Positions 26,202 through 37,342 of a stretch of DNA of 48,051 nt are shown piece by piece. Numbering within the stretch: the first letter of the stretch is position 1; every line of letters starts with the position of its first letter. The DNA is taken from positions 1-48,051 of the forward strand of contig JALJEE010002038.1 of NCBI GenBank assembly GCA_023231475.1, written 5' to 3'. The translations under genes were made by a program, and so were the position numbers. The stretch comes from Seison nebaliae. Taxonomy: Eukaryota. The notes under the pieces were generated by a model, which saw only the letters and a program-made list of their open reading frames with translations, was not told the origin of the DNA and ran no database searches.

Positions 26202-27152
26202 TTATCGACCCGATGATTTTTGTCGATAACGATGCCGATGTTGGTTATGTGACAATTTCTGTTGAGATGATCGTCCTTTCTTTGTTCTCACATAAATTTG
26301 ATTTTCTTCATTGTTTTCGTGAATATGAGGTGGACAAACATTTTCTCTAATATTCTTACTTCTTGAATGTCCACTACGAGATTTTATGCTTACTTTCTCT
26401 ATTGGTTTTGGAGAGATTGGTCGTTCTCTGACATAATTATGATGATTTTTATTTACTTCATATTCTACATTTCGTTCTAACGGATTGATATTCTTATTCT
26501 GAATTGGTGTTCTCTGATTGACACATTCAACTGGACGTTCAACTTGGTGAGAAGTACAATTATAATTCGGTCTTATTGGTTGTTGAGTCATATAAACTTT
26601 CTTCGACTTTCTGTTATTTGGCCTTTTTTGAAAATTCTTAAAGAATAAATCCAATTTATCTTCCGAACAATTTTCACCGCAAATTGATGATGAGATACTG
26701 GTAGCGAATAATTCATGAAATTCATTCACGAAACTGGGACATTTTGATCGATTACTTCTGGTTCCTTTAGATTCTGATTGTTTATTTTTATCATGTTCTG
26801 TTTTCTCTCCTATCTTATCCTCCAACCGTTCACGAAGACCAAATTCATCCGATTCCGGTGGTTGATCCAGAAAATCGTCGATTATTGAATAATTACCTGC
26901 ATTCATATTCACATTTGGTTGGAAGTTTGACGTTTTAAGACTTGAAGGAAAAGTGTTACAAGTTGAATCCACATTTTGCAACGTCTCATCAATATTACTA
27001 TCATTTTCCGACAATTTTTTTAAATGTCTCTTCTCCAAATATTTTTTATACATTTGCACAAACAGAATGAGAAGAATAAAGGAAAATATTGCAGTTACAA
27101 TAGCTTGATTGCAGATGAATTCAAGATTATGGAGAATAGTCCCCAACTGCAT
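26202..27152 (-). CDS. Hypothetical protein (316 aa) with N-terminal TM anchor and a disordered, basic C-terminus
   Basis: Uninterrupted 951-nt ATG-initiated ORF in AT-rich DNA; hydrophobic AIVTAIFSFILLILFVQMY followed by KKY. No family recognised. Confidence 0.7.
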   Translation of the reverse strand: MQLGTILHNLEFICNQAIVTAIFSFILLILFVQMYKKYLEKRHLKKLSENDSNIDETLQNVDSTCNTFPSSLKTSNFQPNVNMNAGNYSIIDDFLDQPPESDEFGLRERLEDKIGEKTEHDKNKQSESKGTRSNRSKCPSFVNEFHELFATSISSSICGENCSEDKLDLFFKNFQKRPNNRKSKKVYMTQQPIRPNYNCTSHQVERPVECVNQRTPIQNKNINPLERNVEYEVNKNHHNYVRERPISPKPIEKVSIKSRSGHSRSKNIRENVCPPHIHENNEENQIYVRTKKGRSSQQKLSHNQHRHRYRQKSSGR

Positions 27153-27292
27153 AATTCTTTCAAATTGAATTAGAAAAAATAAGAGAAAAGTGAAAATAAT
27201 TCCGATTCTCTACAAGTTTTCACTATTTTTTTTATATCCAAATTATAAATTTATTTTAGTTCCAATTTATCAGTTAACAATCAGTTTTACTA

Positions 27293-29534
27293 ATGCCAAA
27301 AATGTTATTAAGCAATTATTCAAGAAATAAAAATAATGTTAGTTTGGAGAAAACGTCAAAACTGCCAAACAAGCCGTTTGTGAAATCTAAAATCAATCGT
27401 TCAGAGACAAGATCATCTCAAGAAAATCTTCCTTATTCAAATCAGTTCTATGGGAATTATATTCAAACTAATTCACTAATTGATAATGATTCCAATAACA
27501 ATACGAATCATGACAAGAAGATGTACGTTTATGATGAAATATTTCCTTCTCGAGGATCGAGTTCGACGAAAGTAAAAGATTCTTTAAATTTATTGAATGA
27601 AGGAATAGAAAAATGTCAGAAGGAAGTTAAACAATTGAGATTAATTCGACAGTCCGCAGATCGGTTTGTAGTAAAGCAGTTATTATGATCTTTATCTAAA
27701 CATTCAATCTTGACAATATTTTATACAGTTTCGAAGATGATAATGTTAGTTCAAATTCAAAAACCGTAAAACGTTCTTATGAATCAGAAAGTGCATCTAA
27801 TCAATATGGTATTCCTAGATCGCCATTGAGAAACGAATATTATTCTCAATACGAAGTTGAAGGTTTTAAATTCTTCTTCTCTAAAAGATCCGAGAAATTT
27901 TTTCTATATATTTTCAAGACAGCGCAAAACCGACAACAGCTGCTGCTCAATATTACACAACATCTTATTTACCTTCTGATCTAGATAATAAAGTATATCC
28001 ATCCTCCAACATAAAAGAAACTAAACGTTTCACTACACCTAAAGATTCGACGATGAAAATGATGGCTAAAAATTATCAATTTACTAAAATGCCCACCGAA
28101 CTCTATGAAACCAGTAGTGAAGAATACTCTTCCACTGGAAAAACTCAGCAACGTACTAATACAAAACCGACTCAGAATATTATTGAAACGCCGACGCAGA
28201 GAATTGTGGGAAATCCGATGGAACATATAATTGTCTATCCTTCCGAAAAACCGGAAAAAGAGCGAACGGAGAATTATACACGACAACAGACGGAGAGTAT
28301 TGCTCGAAAACCGATGGAAAATCTTACTAGAAAACCGAAGGAAAACCTTACTAGAAAACCGAAGGAAAACCCTTCTAGAAAACCGACGGAAAATCTTACA
28401 AGTAGACAGACAGAAAATCTTACTAGAAAACAAACACCAAATTTTTCTAGTAGACAGACGGAAAATCTTTCTGGAAATTTAATTCCTAGTAGACAGACAG
28501 GAAATTTTAGTAGAAAACCAACGGAAAATTTTATAAGAAAAAAAACAGAGAAAACGACATCGCGATTAATAGATAATACGACTAGAGAATCAATCGACAA
28601 TACTTCTCAACAACCAACGGAAAATACTATGGAAAGAGCCATCGAAATTATTAAGAGTAGAACAGATGATAAAAGTAGAAATTTAACTATGGAAAGAACG
28701 AACAATAAGACATCGGAGAAAAATTATTCAAAAACCTTAGAGACGTCAAATAATAAGACATCAGCTGGTCCAATATCAAAAAAAGTAAGCTCGACTGTTG
28801 TTTATGAAAAGATGATGCATTACACCTCTCCAAATGGACTTATTGGGACTCCAAATTCAAACAATATACAAAGTTATTCGAAAAAACATATCCTTCTTGA
28901 TCTTCCATTATCTGGAGTAACAGTAAAAGAAAGTGATTATTCCCCACAAGAAACTGTTAACATGCCAATTATTAAGACACCAGATGTAGAAGATAAAAAT
29001 TCTATAAAAAATTCTGAACCCACAAAACCATACGAGAATACTCATATCGATGACTACGAATCAAAACGATTCTATGAAACAACAACTCGAAAAATAAGTA
29101 AAATTACACAACTTTCTGATGGAAGTTCAATTTCAACTTCTCCTCTCTACTCATCAACTTCCTCTTCTCAATATAGTAGCACTTCATATCATCCAACTAC
29201 AACAACAAAGTTTCCTGCGTGTAAACGTCACAAACATCAATACATTCAATGTGATTTTGACGTAGTGTGTGGTGGTGAAGAGTCAGAGCATAATGATATA
29301 TCAGTTCGAGTTCCACATGAACCCATAAAACAAGTAATTGTGGAACGAGCTCCCAAAGAAAAAATCGTTTATCAAAAATCGCCTCCATCACATCAACCTA
29401 ATCATACCACCGAGTTTTATACAGTCATCTTAATGTTATGTCAAATATTTAGATCGTTCTGTTCAATTCTCCTCAATTTAATAGGATTGGCTTATTGTTT
29501 TTTTCGGATGAGAAAACTGAAATATTGTCCTTAA
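27293..29534 (+). CDS. Hypothetical S/T-rich repeat protein with hydrophobic C-terminus (3 or 4 exons)
   Basis: Exons 27293..27663 (or ..27678), 27729..27862, 27919..29534. Introns 27664 (or 27679)..27728 and 27863..27918 link the 131-aa and 493-aa ORFs in frame. A possible extra intron 29497..29566 would extend the CDS to 29658. Confidence 0.75.
28276..28640 (+). repeat. Coding 24-bp tandem repeat (ENLTRKP[K/T]-like octapeptide), roughly a dozen degenerate copies
   Basis: Units such as gaaaatcttactagaaaaccgaag / gaaaaccttactagaaaaccgaag / gaaaacccttctagaaaaccgacg, decaying towards both ends. Confidence 0.9.
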
Positions 29535-31034
29535 TTCATCATTAATAATTATCAAATTATAATTAGATACAAATAGGATAGTTGGATGTATTGAACCAGA
29601 ATTAAAATTACTAAATTTGTTATTTCCTAAAGATAATAATAATACGATAATAATTTAATACTGTGAGTTATCAGAATTGACATAAAAAAATATCCGAATT
29701 AAATTCCTTAATAAAATTTCTTGTATTCTTGAATATATTATTTACTAATAACACTGTACAATAAAAACAAAGTAAGGGAAATATGAAACCTGTTTCTAGA
29801 TCGGAATTTTCAGTAGATTAGAAATATACTAACCAATTTTCTTGGGAGGTCGTAATTTTTTCAGAAAAACCAATTTTATAATTTTTTGTCATATTTTTTT
29901 GAAATGGAAAATTTGACCACTAATATTGAACCTTTTTCATTTATTTTTTATGAAGAATCATATATTATAATTTATGATTCATTATAAATTGAGTATTCAT
30001 CAACAATTTAAGTTACTGCGAGAAAAAAGAAATGAGAATTGTATGAACAATTCAGTTAGAGTATCTACAATATCTTATTCGATGGAATTTGGTAAATAAT
30101 ATTTATTAATGAATTCATTTCAAGTCGGAAAGAAAAGCGACGAAAGAAAACATAAGTTAGAATTGGAGAAATATAAAATGGAAAATATCTTTAAAATGGT
30201 TTTTACGTTACGAAGAAATAGATAAATTGTAATATATATTAATTCAATGATAAATGATATAAAGTTTTTAAAAAGAAACTGACTGATTGGTGACTGATTA
30301 AAAGAGTGTCTAGAAGTACGAGATAAATTTTATCTTTTTTAAATTCGATGTGAATGTTTTTTGTTCGAGAGATAAGATAGAAGGAGAGATCAATCGATAA
30401 GACTTTTTATATCTTAAACAAAATTTCCATTTTTCAATATAATAAATTTCATAAGTTCCATTTTCAGATGTTTGTTATTGGATGAAATTAGAAAGTAATC
30501 TGGAAATAATGAATTAGTGAAATGAAAAACAAATTAGTGAAAGATGATATTTAGTTTTTTTTTAAAAAAAAGAAGATGATATATTGATAGATAACAATAT
30601 AAATGACAAAAAATCACATCACTAAAAACAGTTGTGATGTTTGTATATTAAATGGATGAAGTAACGAAAAGAAATAAAAGATATCAGGAAAAATATTTTA
30701 AAAAAGATTTCTAATAAAAAATCATAAAAAAAATGAAAAATAAGTTCCAACAGTTTATTAATATTAAAATTGTTGCCGTTGTTTTTGTTGCAGACGATGA
30801 TGTGTTGTTGGTGCAGAAATCGATTCCAATATAAAAAAACAGTATATATTTGGAAATAAATAGAAATATAATAAGTGTGAGAAATGCTTAAAAACATATA
30901 CGGAGAAAATCTGAAACGTTGTATATTGGTGAATTTATAGAGAAGGAAAAAAAAATGTTAAATTCTGACAATTCGCAAAGGAAAATAAGAGAAAACTAAT
31001 CGAGATCAATAATTGTGGCGACGTAATCCCCAAT

Positions 31035-31221
31035 TTACTGATAATTATTTCTATATGAATCATCCGTATATGATGAAACGACATGATAACTGGTATTGCT
31101 ATTGTTGTTGTAATTGTTGCCATGTGAAATGTATTGTGGTTGTTGATGATTACTATCATTCTGATTTGTTCCATTCATATTATAACGACTTGAATAATTT
31201 GATTGATTATTTCCAGATATC

Positions 31222-31253
<32 letters not shown>

Positions 31254-33326
31254 ACCGTTTTGTGATAATTGGAAATTTCGATTTCGTGCACGACTAATTA
31301 ATCGATTTCCATTATAATCAGGAACTGATCGTATTCCATTATTAATTGGAATATCATAATGATCTTGTTGATTGTTTTCAATGTTATTTCCATCACGATG
31401 CATCGATGAATTAGTTGCATCGACACTCAACGAATGATTTACTGATGGATTGGATGATGATTGTTGGGAGACATGTTCATCATAACGAGCATATCGTCTA
31501 CTTATATTTCTTTTAATTCGATTATTCTGTTGCTGTACATTATTTTGAGTTGTTTGGTGATATGAATTATTCGAGTGATAATGACTTCCATTATCGTTCT
31601 GTGGAGAAGGGGATGATTTGGTTAATGAACGATTGGATGACACATGAGGATATTGTTCATCTTCAGCGAAATCAGCGACAACGAAACCGTCAAGCACATA
31701 TTGATTGTTGAGATTATTAAGAGAATGTTCACTATTTCCTCTACGAACATCGGGAAATTCGACGTCACCACTCGCACGCTCGTATTCTGGTTGGTTGTTC
31801 CTCAACGAGTACAAACAATCCATCGTAAAATGGCGGTAGTTGAGGAGATGAGATCTCAGACCTTTGTAACAATCGAGAAATTCTTGTCGTTTTATGGCAT
31901 ACAAGACAGAATAAGGATCCGAAGCACGAGCTAATTTATGGAGAGCGATAGCTAAACCTTGTTCGATAACACTCATCCTCTTGCCCATCAACGACATGGC
32001 ACCACTATGATAGACTTTGATGACGACTTTATCTTTTCCTATGGGAATTGTCATTTTCGCTCCCGAATGTATCATCGGTTCATATGATACTTCTTGAGGA
32101 TAAAATTTGAGTAATAATTTCAAATCGACCGAACTAGACCAAGGTACTTGAGCCACACCAAGAACATTAACTATTCGATATTTGGTGAATCTGGCCGAGA
32201 ATAGATTTCGCTTCTTACCGATTCGATAAATGTATTTGGCGATACGTCTCGATGCTTTGAAAGCCGATTCTTCTGATACGCAGCCAGTACATGTGGCGGA
32301 ACCACTGGCAAATACAGCCATTGTCGCTTTCGGATCTCTCCAACGAATTGTACATCTCGCTTTGTCTCGAGCATATTCAATGTTTGCAGCATTCATCGTG
32401 AGATCATATAAGCTGATTTTCGTGTCAAGATTGAATGCAGTGACAACATTCTCTACACGACACTCTGTCATTGGCATTCGTTTCACTTTCTCATTGTGGA
32501 CAATTCCTTTGAACTCTTCCACTTCTTTGTGAGTGATTTGCACTTTACTGAATTGGTGGAGAATTGATTCCAGTTCTTGTCGACGAAAGTTACTTAGGAA
32601 TTCATCTTTTGCCCATTTACTTTTATTCTCTGATCGATTATTAATTTCTTGAGAATATGATGATATCGTTGGCGATTGGGATTGTGGAGGTAGAGATCGT
32701 TGTTGATGATATGACATATCATATGAATAACAATTATTATTATTCGTGTTGTTGTTATTATTATTATGAATTCCATTGGAATAATTTGAATTTGTTCGTA
32801 TCAAATAATTCCCATTTCTTTCATTAATATTCGAATTATGATTGTCAAATGTATCGATGGAATTTGGTTCAGGTTTCATTTGTTGGATATTAGAAAGATT
32901 TTTTGGAGGAAAAGAAATGATTTGTATTAAACTATTTGAGGAATATTGATTCTTCTGAAATTGTTCATCATAATAAGAATTATCTACAGAACGTTGTTGT
33001 TGTGGTTGTTGTTGCTGTTGTATCTGATGATGACGATTATTATTATGTTGTTGTTGTTGTTGATGATGTGATGGATAATTTGAATGATTTATGTAATTAT
33101 GTTGTTGTTGTTGTTGATGGTGATGGTGGTGGTTATTGTTGTGATGTGGTTGAAATTGACTATGTCGATTATGATTATTATAATGGTAATTATTTACATG
33201 TTCCATTGGACTTGATGATTTTGTTGATATGTCTCCATCATCGATAATGCGATAACTTACATTCTCAGTATGAGACAAACCATTGCGAATTTCAAGATAT
33301 TGTGGTTGATGATTGGATGTGCTCAT
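31035..33326 (-). CDS. TBPL1: TBP-related factor of the TRF2/TLF (TBPL1) type, with an intronless CDS and long N/Q/H-rich termini (763 aa)
   Basis: Two TBP repeats, NVVTAF..NIEYARD..PKATMAVFASGSATCTG and RIVNVLGVAQVPW..SYEPMIHSG. The short EYxRD loop, NVLG..PW and YEPxxH match TRF2/TLF rather than TBP. Confidence 0.88.
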
Positions 33327-34139
33327 GATGATAACGAAGAAATTCGAGTGGAGATGTGTTGAATGAAAATATTTAATTAGACAAGGGGGACAACTCTTAG
33401 AACATGTCCGATCGTTCTACCCCGTCGTTATACAGAAAGATATATGTCAAAAAATTTTCTAGAACTAATTCATGAAAAAATTAAAATTTATCAAATTCTT
33501 CCTCCATTTTATACAACATTCTCATTCCACGCATGAGCACAAAAAAAAAGAAGTTAATTCAACAAAATATTTTTTCTCTTCCTAATCATCGTCTGTGACA
33601 TCACACCAAATGACAACATAATGAGATGAGTAAATAAATTTATTCAAAAAATAATAATTGGGAAGAATTGAAGGAACTATTGGATTTGTTTAAATTTTAT
33701 TTAATTAAGGATCAAGTAGGAGTAATTTCATTAATTTATATCGTCCAGACAGTTTCCACTCTCCTCCTATTCTCTTCACTCCCATTACATGCCCAACAGC
33801 AACATGTCGTTGCAATTTGACGGATCAGAGTACGTACTCTTCCATGCAACATAATAATCAATTTTTTTCTTATTCCACATTTTTTATGGGATCAAATTTT
33901 TTTTCTTTCTAATAATGTTGTTGTTTAATTGATTTGTGTTTCCGAGAAAGATATTGACTTCTAAAACTTCCCAGAGTGTTCTTGTTACCAGTTAGATAAT
34001 TCTTAAATTCCAATTTCAAGCTTTGGATATTGAATGACCAATTTATTCCACATTTTCATTGTGAAATGTGTTCTTATGATAGTTATGTATAAAAAAAAAA
34101 CGTAAAGCTAACTGTGGAAGAAAGTCATCTAATTCTACA

Positions 34140-35842
34140 ATGAATAAGGAGATTGCTCGAATATTTCAAATTTTAGAAGAAAATGATCTCAATGAATTCA
34201 TAGAGTTATTCTAATTAATTTTTCACATTAAAACTAATTTAGCGGCATTCATCTCTTCATCCTTCTCCTCTCACACAAACACACATACACACACATGTGC
34301 ACTTAAATATCTAGTTGTATGATTCATAACAAATTATGTTTCATTAAGAGAAATAAAGAGAATAAATGGAATATCCATAAGCTTCTCCTTAACACTCACA
34401 ATCAGATTGATACGGATTCAATAAATAAATTATGTCGTTAACAATTACCATAATTACGCCCACCATCAATTTAACATTTATTTTAATCAAATTTCTCAAC
34501 TAATCGAAAGATGGACAAAATGTACGAATTTCAAACTGTTCAAAATGGCAGTTCGATACTCACAAAGTTGAGGAAATGACAATTGGTCATTTTCTAAAAG
34601 AAAAATGGAAAAATAGTTCAAATGATCGATACTATTGTAAAGACTGGCATTTATTCAAGTTTATTCATTGTTCTCATTATTTAATTTAAAAGTATTCTTA
34701 AGAGAATTACCAAATTTAAATTTGTATGAGTTACCAGAAATTCTGAAAGAAGATTATCTGAATAATTATTCTCTCAATTTTCCTAACGGATCCGATTATC
34801 GTTTCGTTTATTTGGGAGAAGAGAGAACATGGACTCCTTTGCATCATGACGTGCTTGCATCATATAGTTGGTCAATAAACTTAAGTGGAAATAAAAGATG
34901 GTTATTTATAATCGAAAGAGGAACGTTAAAAAATGTGAAGGATGTTAGATCGATAATGAAATGTGAGAATGAATATTCGAAATATAAGAATATTTCTTAT
35001 CGATTGGAATTCATTGAATTATATCAATGTCTAATTTTAGATATGATTCAACCAGAAGATTTCTTTGTCTTTGTTCCTTCTCGACTTTATCATCAAGTTC
35101 ATAATTTAGTTAGTTTAAATTTTTATATAAATTTTTTTTTATAATTTTTCCTAATAATTTCTTTCTTTAAATTTCTTGTGATAAATCTGAACTATATATT
35201 TTTCTTGTAATATAAGACGGATGTATTATCAGTCAATCATAATTGGTTCAATCAATATTCGATCGAAAATGTTCTGAATTATATCATCGACACCTATGAG
35301 AAGAAAATCAAACCAGAATTGAAACACTTACCTTCATTTCCATTCAAGCGATTGATGGAACAAGTTTATTCTAAACAATTTGAAACGTTTGTCAAATCTT
35401 TTTTGTAAAGGAATTGCTATCGAATCTATTGGCGTTCGATCTTATTCAAATTGTCGATTTGATTTCTTTTAATATCAATCATAAGTTTCCCAATCTAAGA
35501 TTACCATCCGAAATAAAGAAATCGATAAAATTGAAAAATTTATGGGAATATCAACATTTTAAATTATTTGAATTTTGGATTAGATTATCATTATTGGATA
35601 GTAAACAATCGAATTTAGAACTATCCAAATTAATCAATTTAATTACAACAAAAATTCTTCTCAAAGATGATTATTTGATAATTTTGATATTTTATTATTT
35701 TTGTCAACATCATTTATGGAAGGACAATACCGTTGAATTAGTGACTTTTCATCATGAATTGTTAGAGATTCATGAAAAGATCGATTTAAATGAATTAAGA
35801 ACGTTCCATAAGACGTATTTGGAGAGAAGAACATTTTTTTAA
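34140..35842 (+). CDS. JMJD4: JmjC-domain 2-oxoglutarate oxygenase JMJD4 (~439 aa, 6 exons)
   Basis: Exons 34140..34204, 34315..34436, 34511..34658, 34703..35108, 35217..35363, 35411..35842. Motifs YCKDWHL, DYRFVYLG, WTPLHHDV..SYSWSIN..GNKRW, VPSRLYHQVHNL|TDVLSVNHNWFN; the HxD..H metal triad is intact. Confidence 0.92.
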
Positions 35843-36251
35843 GAATAAAAATAATTTTATTTTTGTAAATTCTTAATTGTGGTGGACGTATTTTGTAAAA
35901 GAAAAAAGAATAATTAAAAATGAATAAAATGGGACAAATGTTAAAAGAAAGATAATCGGATAGACATATAAATGTATCTCTCCGAAAAATGTATCTTCCA
36001 AGAAACGAGGAATGAGAATGAAAAAGTTCTATATAAACTCTTTGTTGTCTTTCAATGAACTATGTTGAAAAATTTGAATAGAATGAGAATAAATGTAGAA
36101 ATTCTTACCAAAATTATTGAAAATAATTTATACTGTAATCTGTAAATAATTTCGACGGAATTGATAAATTTGATGTTCTGCTCTCAAAAGAGAACTTTGA
36201 AAATTTTTCATAAAATATTTTCCTTCATTCTTCGAAATCATTTCACCGATT

Positions 36252-37207
36252 TCACAATTTGCCTGAGCAGATCAAACATGCAAATAAGATGCACAATATC
36301 TGCACGAGAATGATACCAGCGGCCACGCAAGCCATTAATATTTGTTTCGAGGCAATACCATCTAGAATAACAGGAATGCATCCTCGAGCACCATTGTTCT
36401 TCGTTGCGTCCACACCATCATTACAATCGTTTCCACTGATATCTTTCTTACAACAACTCATAGGAAACTCGTCAGCATCTTCCACTTTCTCATAAGCGAA
36501 CGTACTGTAATCCACACCTCCATTAACACCACAACATTGGGCTGATGCTTGAAGAATATCCCAAACGTTCTCTGAATTTGCCCCTTCATCTTTCTTATAA
36601 GTTGCTTTCAATGATTTCACAAACAACTCCTTCAATGGTTTACCTTCACCCTTCATCATAACTATTGCGACGATAACAACAATTAACTGCACTAATAATA
36701 TCAGACTGACTGATACAATATACTGACAAAGAAAAAATTATTTAATTAATTCCTTTCATACTTGGATGTTTCAATTTACTAACGAGAATTAAACAAATTC
36801 GGTTTCCGGTACATGCGCCACAACACCCAAGCAACGCGATACAACACATTACGGAACCAAAAATAATTAAAACAAGTGTGGCACTTTTGATGATGTCCAA
36901 TTCCATAAGTTCTAATGAAAGAAGAGAAATGATGGATTGATGTTAAAGTTTTTAGGAAACTTTCGATTTTTTCTGTATCAGGTATGAAATTCATAATGCC
37001 TCGTATCAATTTGAGCTCCTTGTCAAATTTTAGATAAATCCCAACTGCCAATATTCCACCACCCGCTAACTACAAATTGAAAATGATGGTATTATTGTAA
37101 TTTAATTTTAGTCTAACGAAAAACACGATATTGATCAATATGATGATCAGTTTGGCTAGACAGCCACATCCACCTTTACCTTCACCTGAACCTGTACCCT
37201 TACCCAT
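36252..37207 (-). CDS. Tetraspanin (~265 aa, 4 coding exons)
   Basis: Exons 37207..37118, 37069..36961, 36911..36784, 36722..36252; introns 37070..37117, 36912..36960, 36723..36783. Four TM segments plus LGCCGA, CCG, PMSCC and GC motifs. Confidence 0.93.
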
Positions 37208-37237
37208 CGCACTGATTATTACTCACAAAAAAAGTAT

Positions 37238-37342
37238 CTGGAGTTGAAAAAAAAGAGTAAGTTGAAAATGAAATTCTTGGTATGGAATAAAAAATGCTAT
37301 TTCATGATTAATATAAACAGGAATAGAAAAATCGATACTTAC
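37238..37342 (-). other. Candidate 5'-UTR intron with canonical donor (GTAAGT..CTCCAG)
   Basis: Minus-strand GTAAGTAT at 37342, strong pyrimidine tract CTCTTTTTTTTCAACTCCAG, acceptor 30 nt before the tetraspanin ATG. Confidence 0.5.

Noticed and set aside
33400..33810. p53-like half-sites (GAACATGTCC, TTACATGCCC, CAACATGTCG)
   Set aside because: Isolated or mismatched half-sites are expected by chance; there is no full tandem element.
927..37207. Alternative genetic code or stop readthrough as the reason genes appear as fragmented ORFs
   Set aside because: Every break in a conserved gene is resolved by a short GT..AG intron that restores frame and motifs; TAA, TAG and TGA all serve as real terminators.
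37335..37342. ATACTTAC resembling the 5' end of U1 snRNA
   Set aside because: Not followed by CTG or U1 stem-loops; better explained as the reverse complement of a GTAAGTAT donor. No snRNA, tRNA or rRNA gene was recognised in the window.
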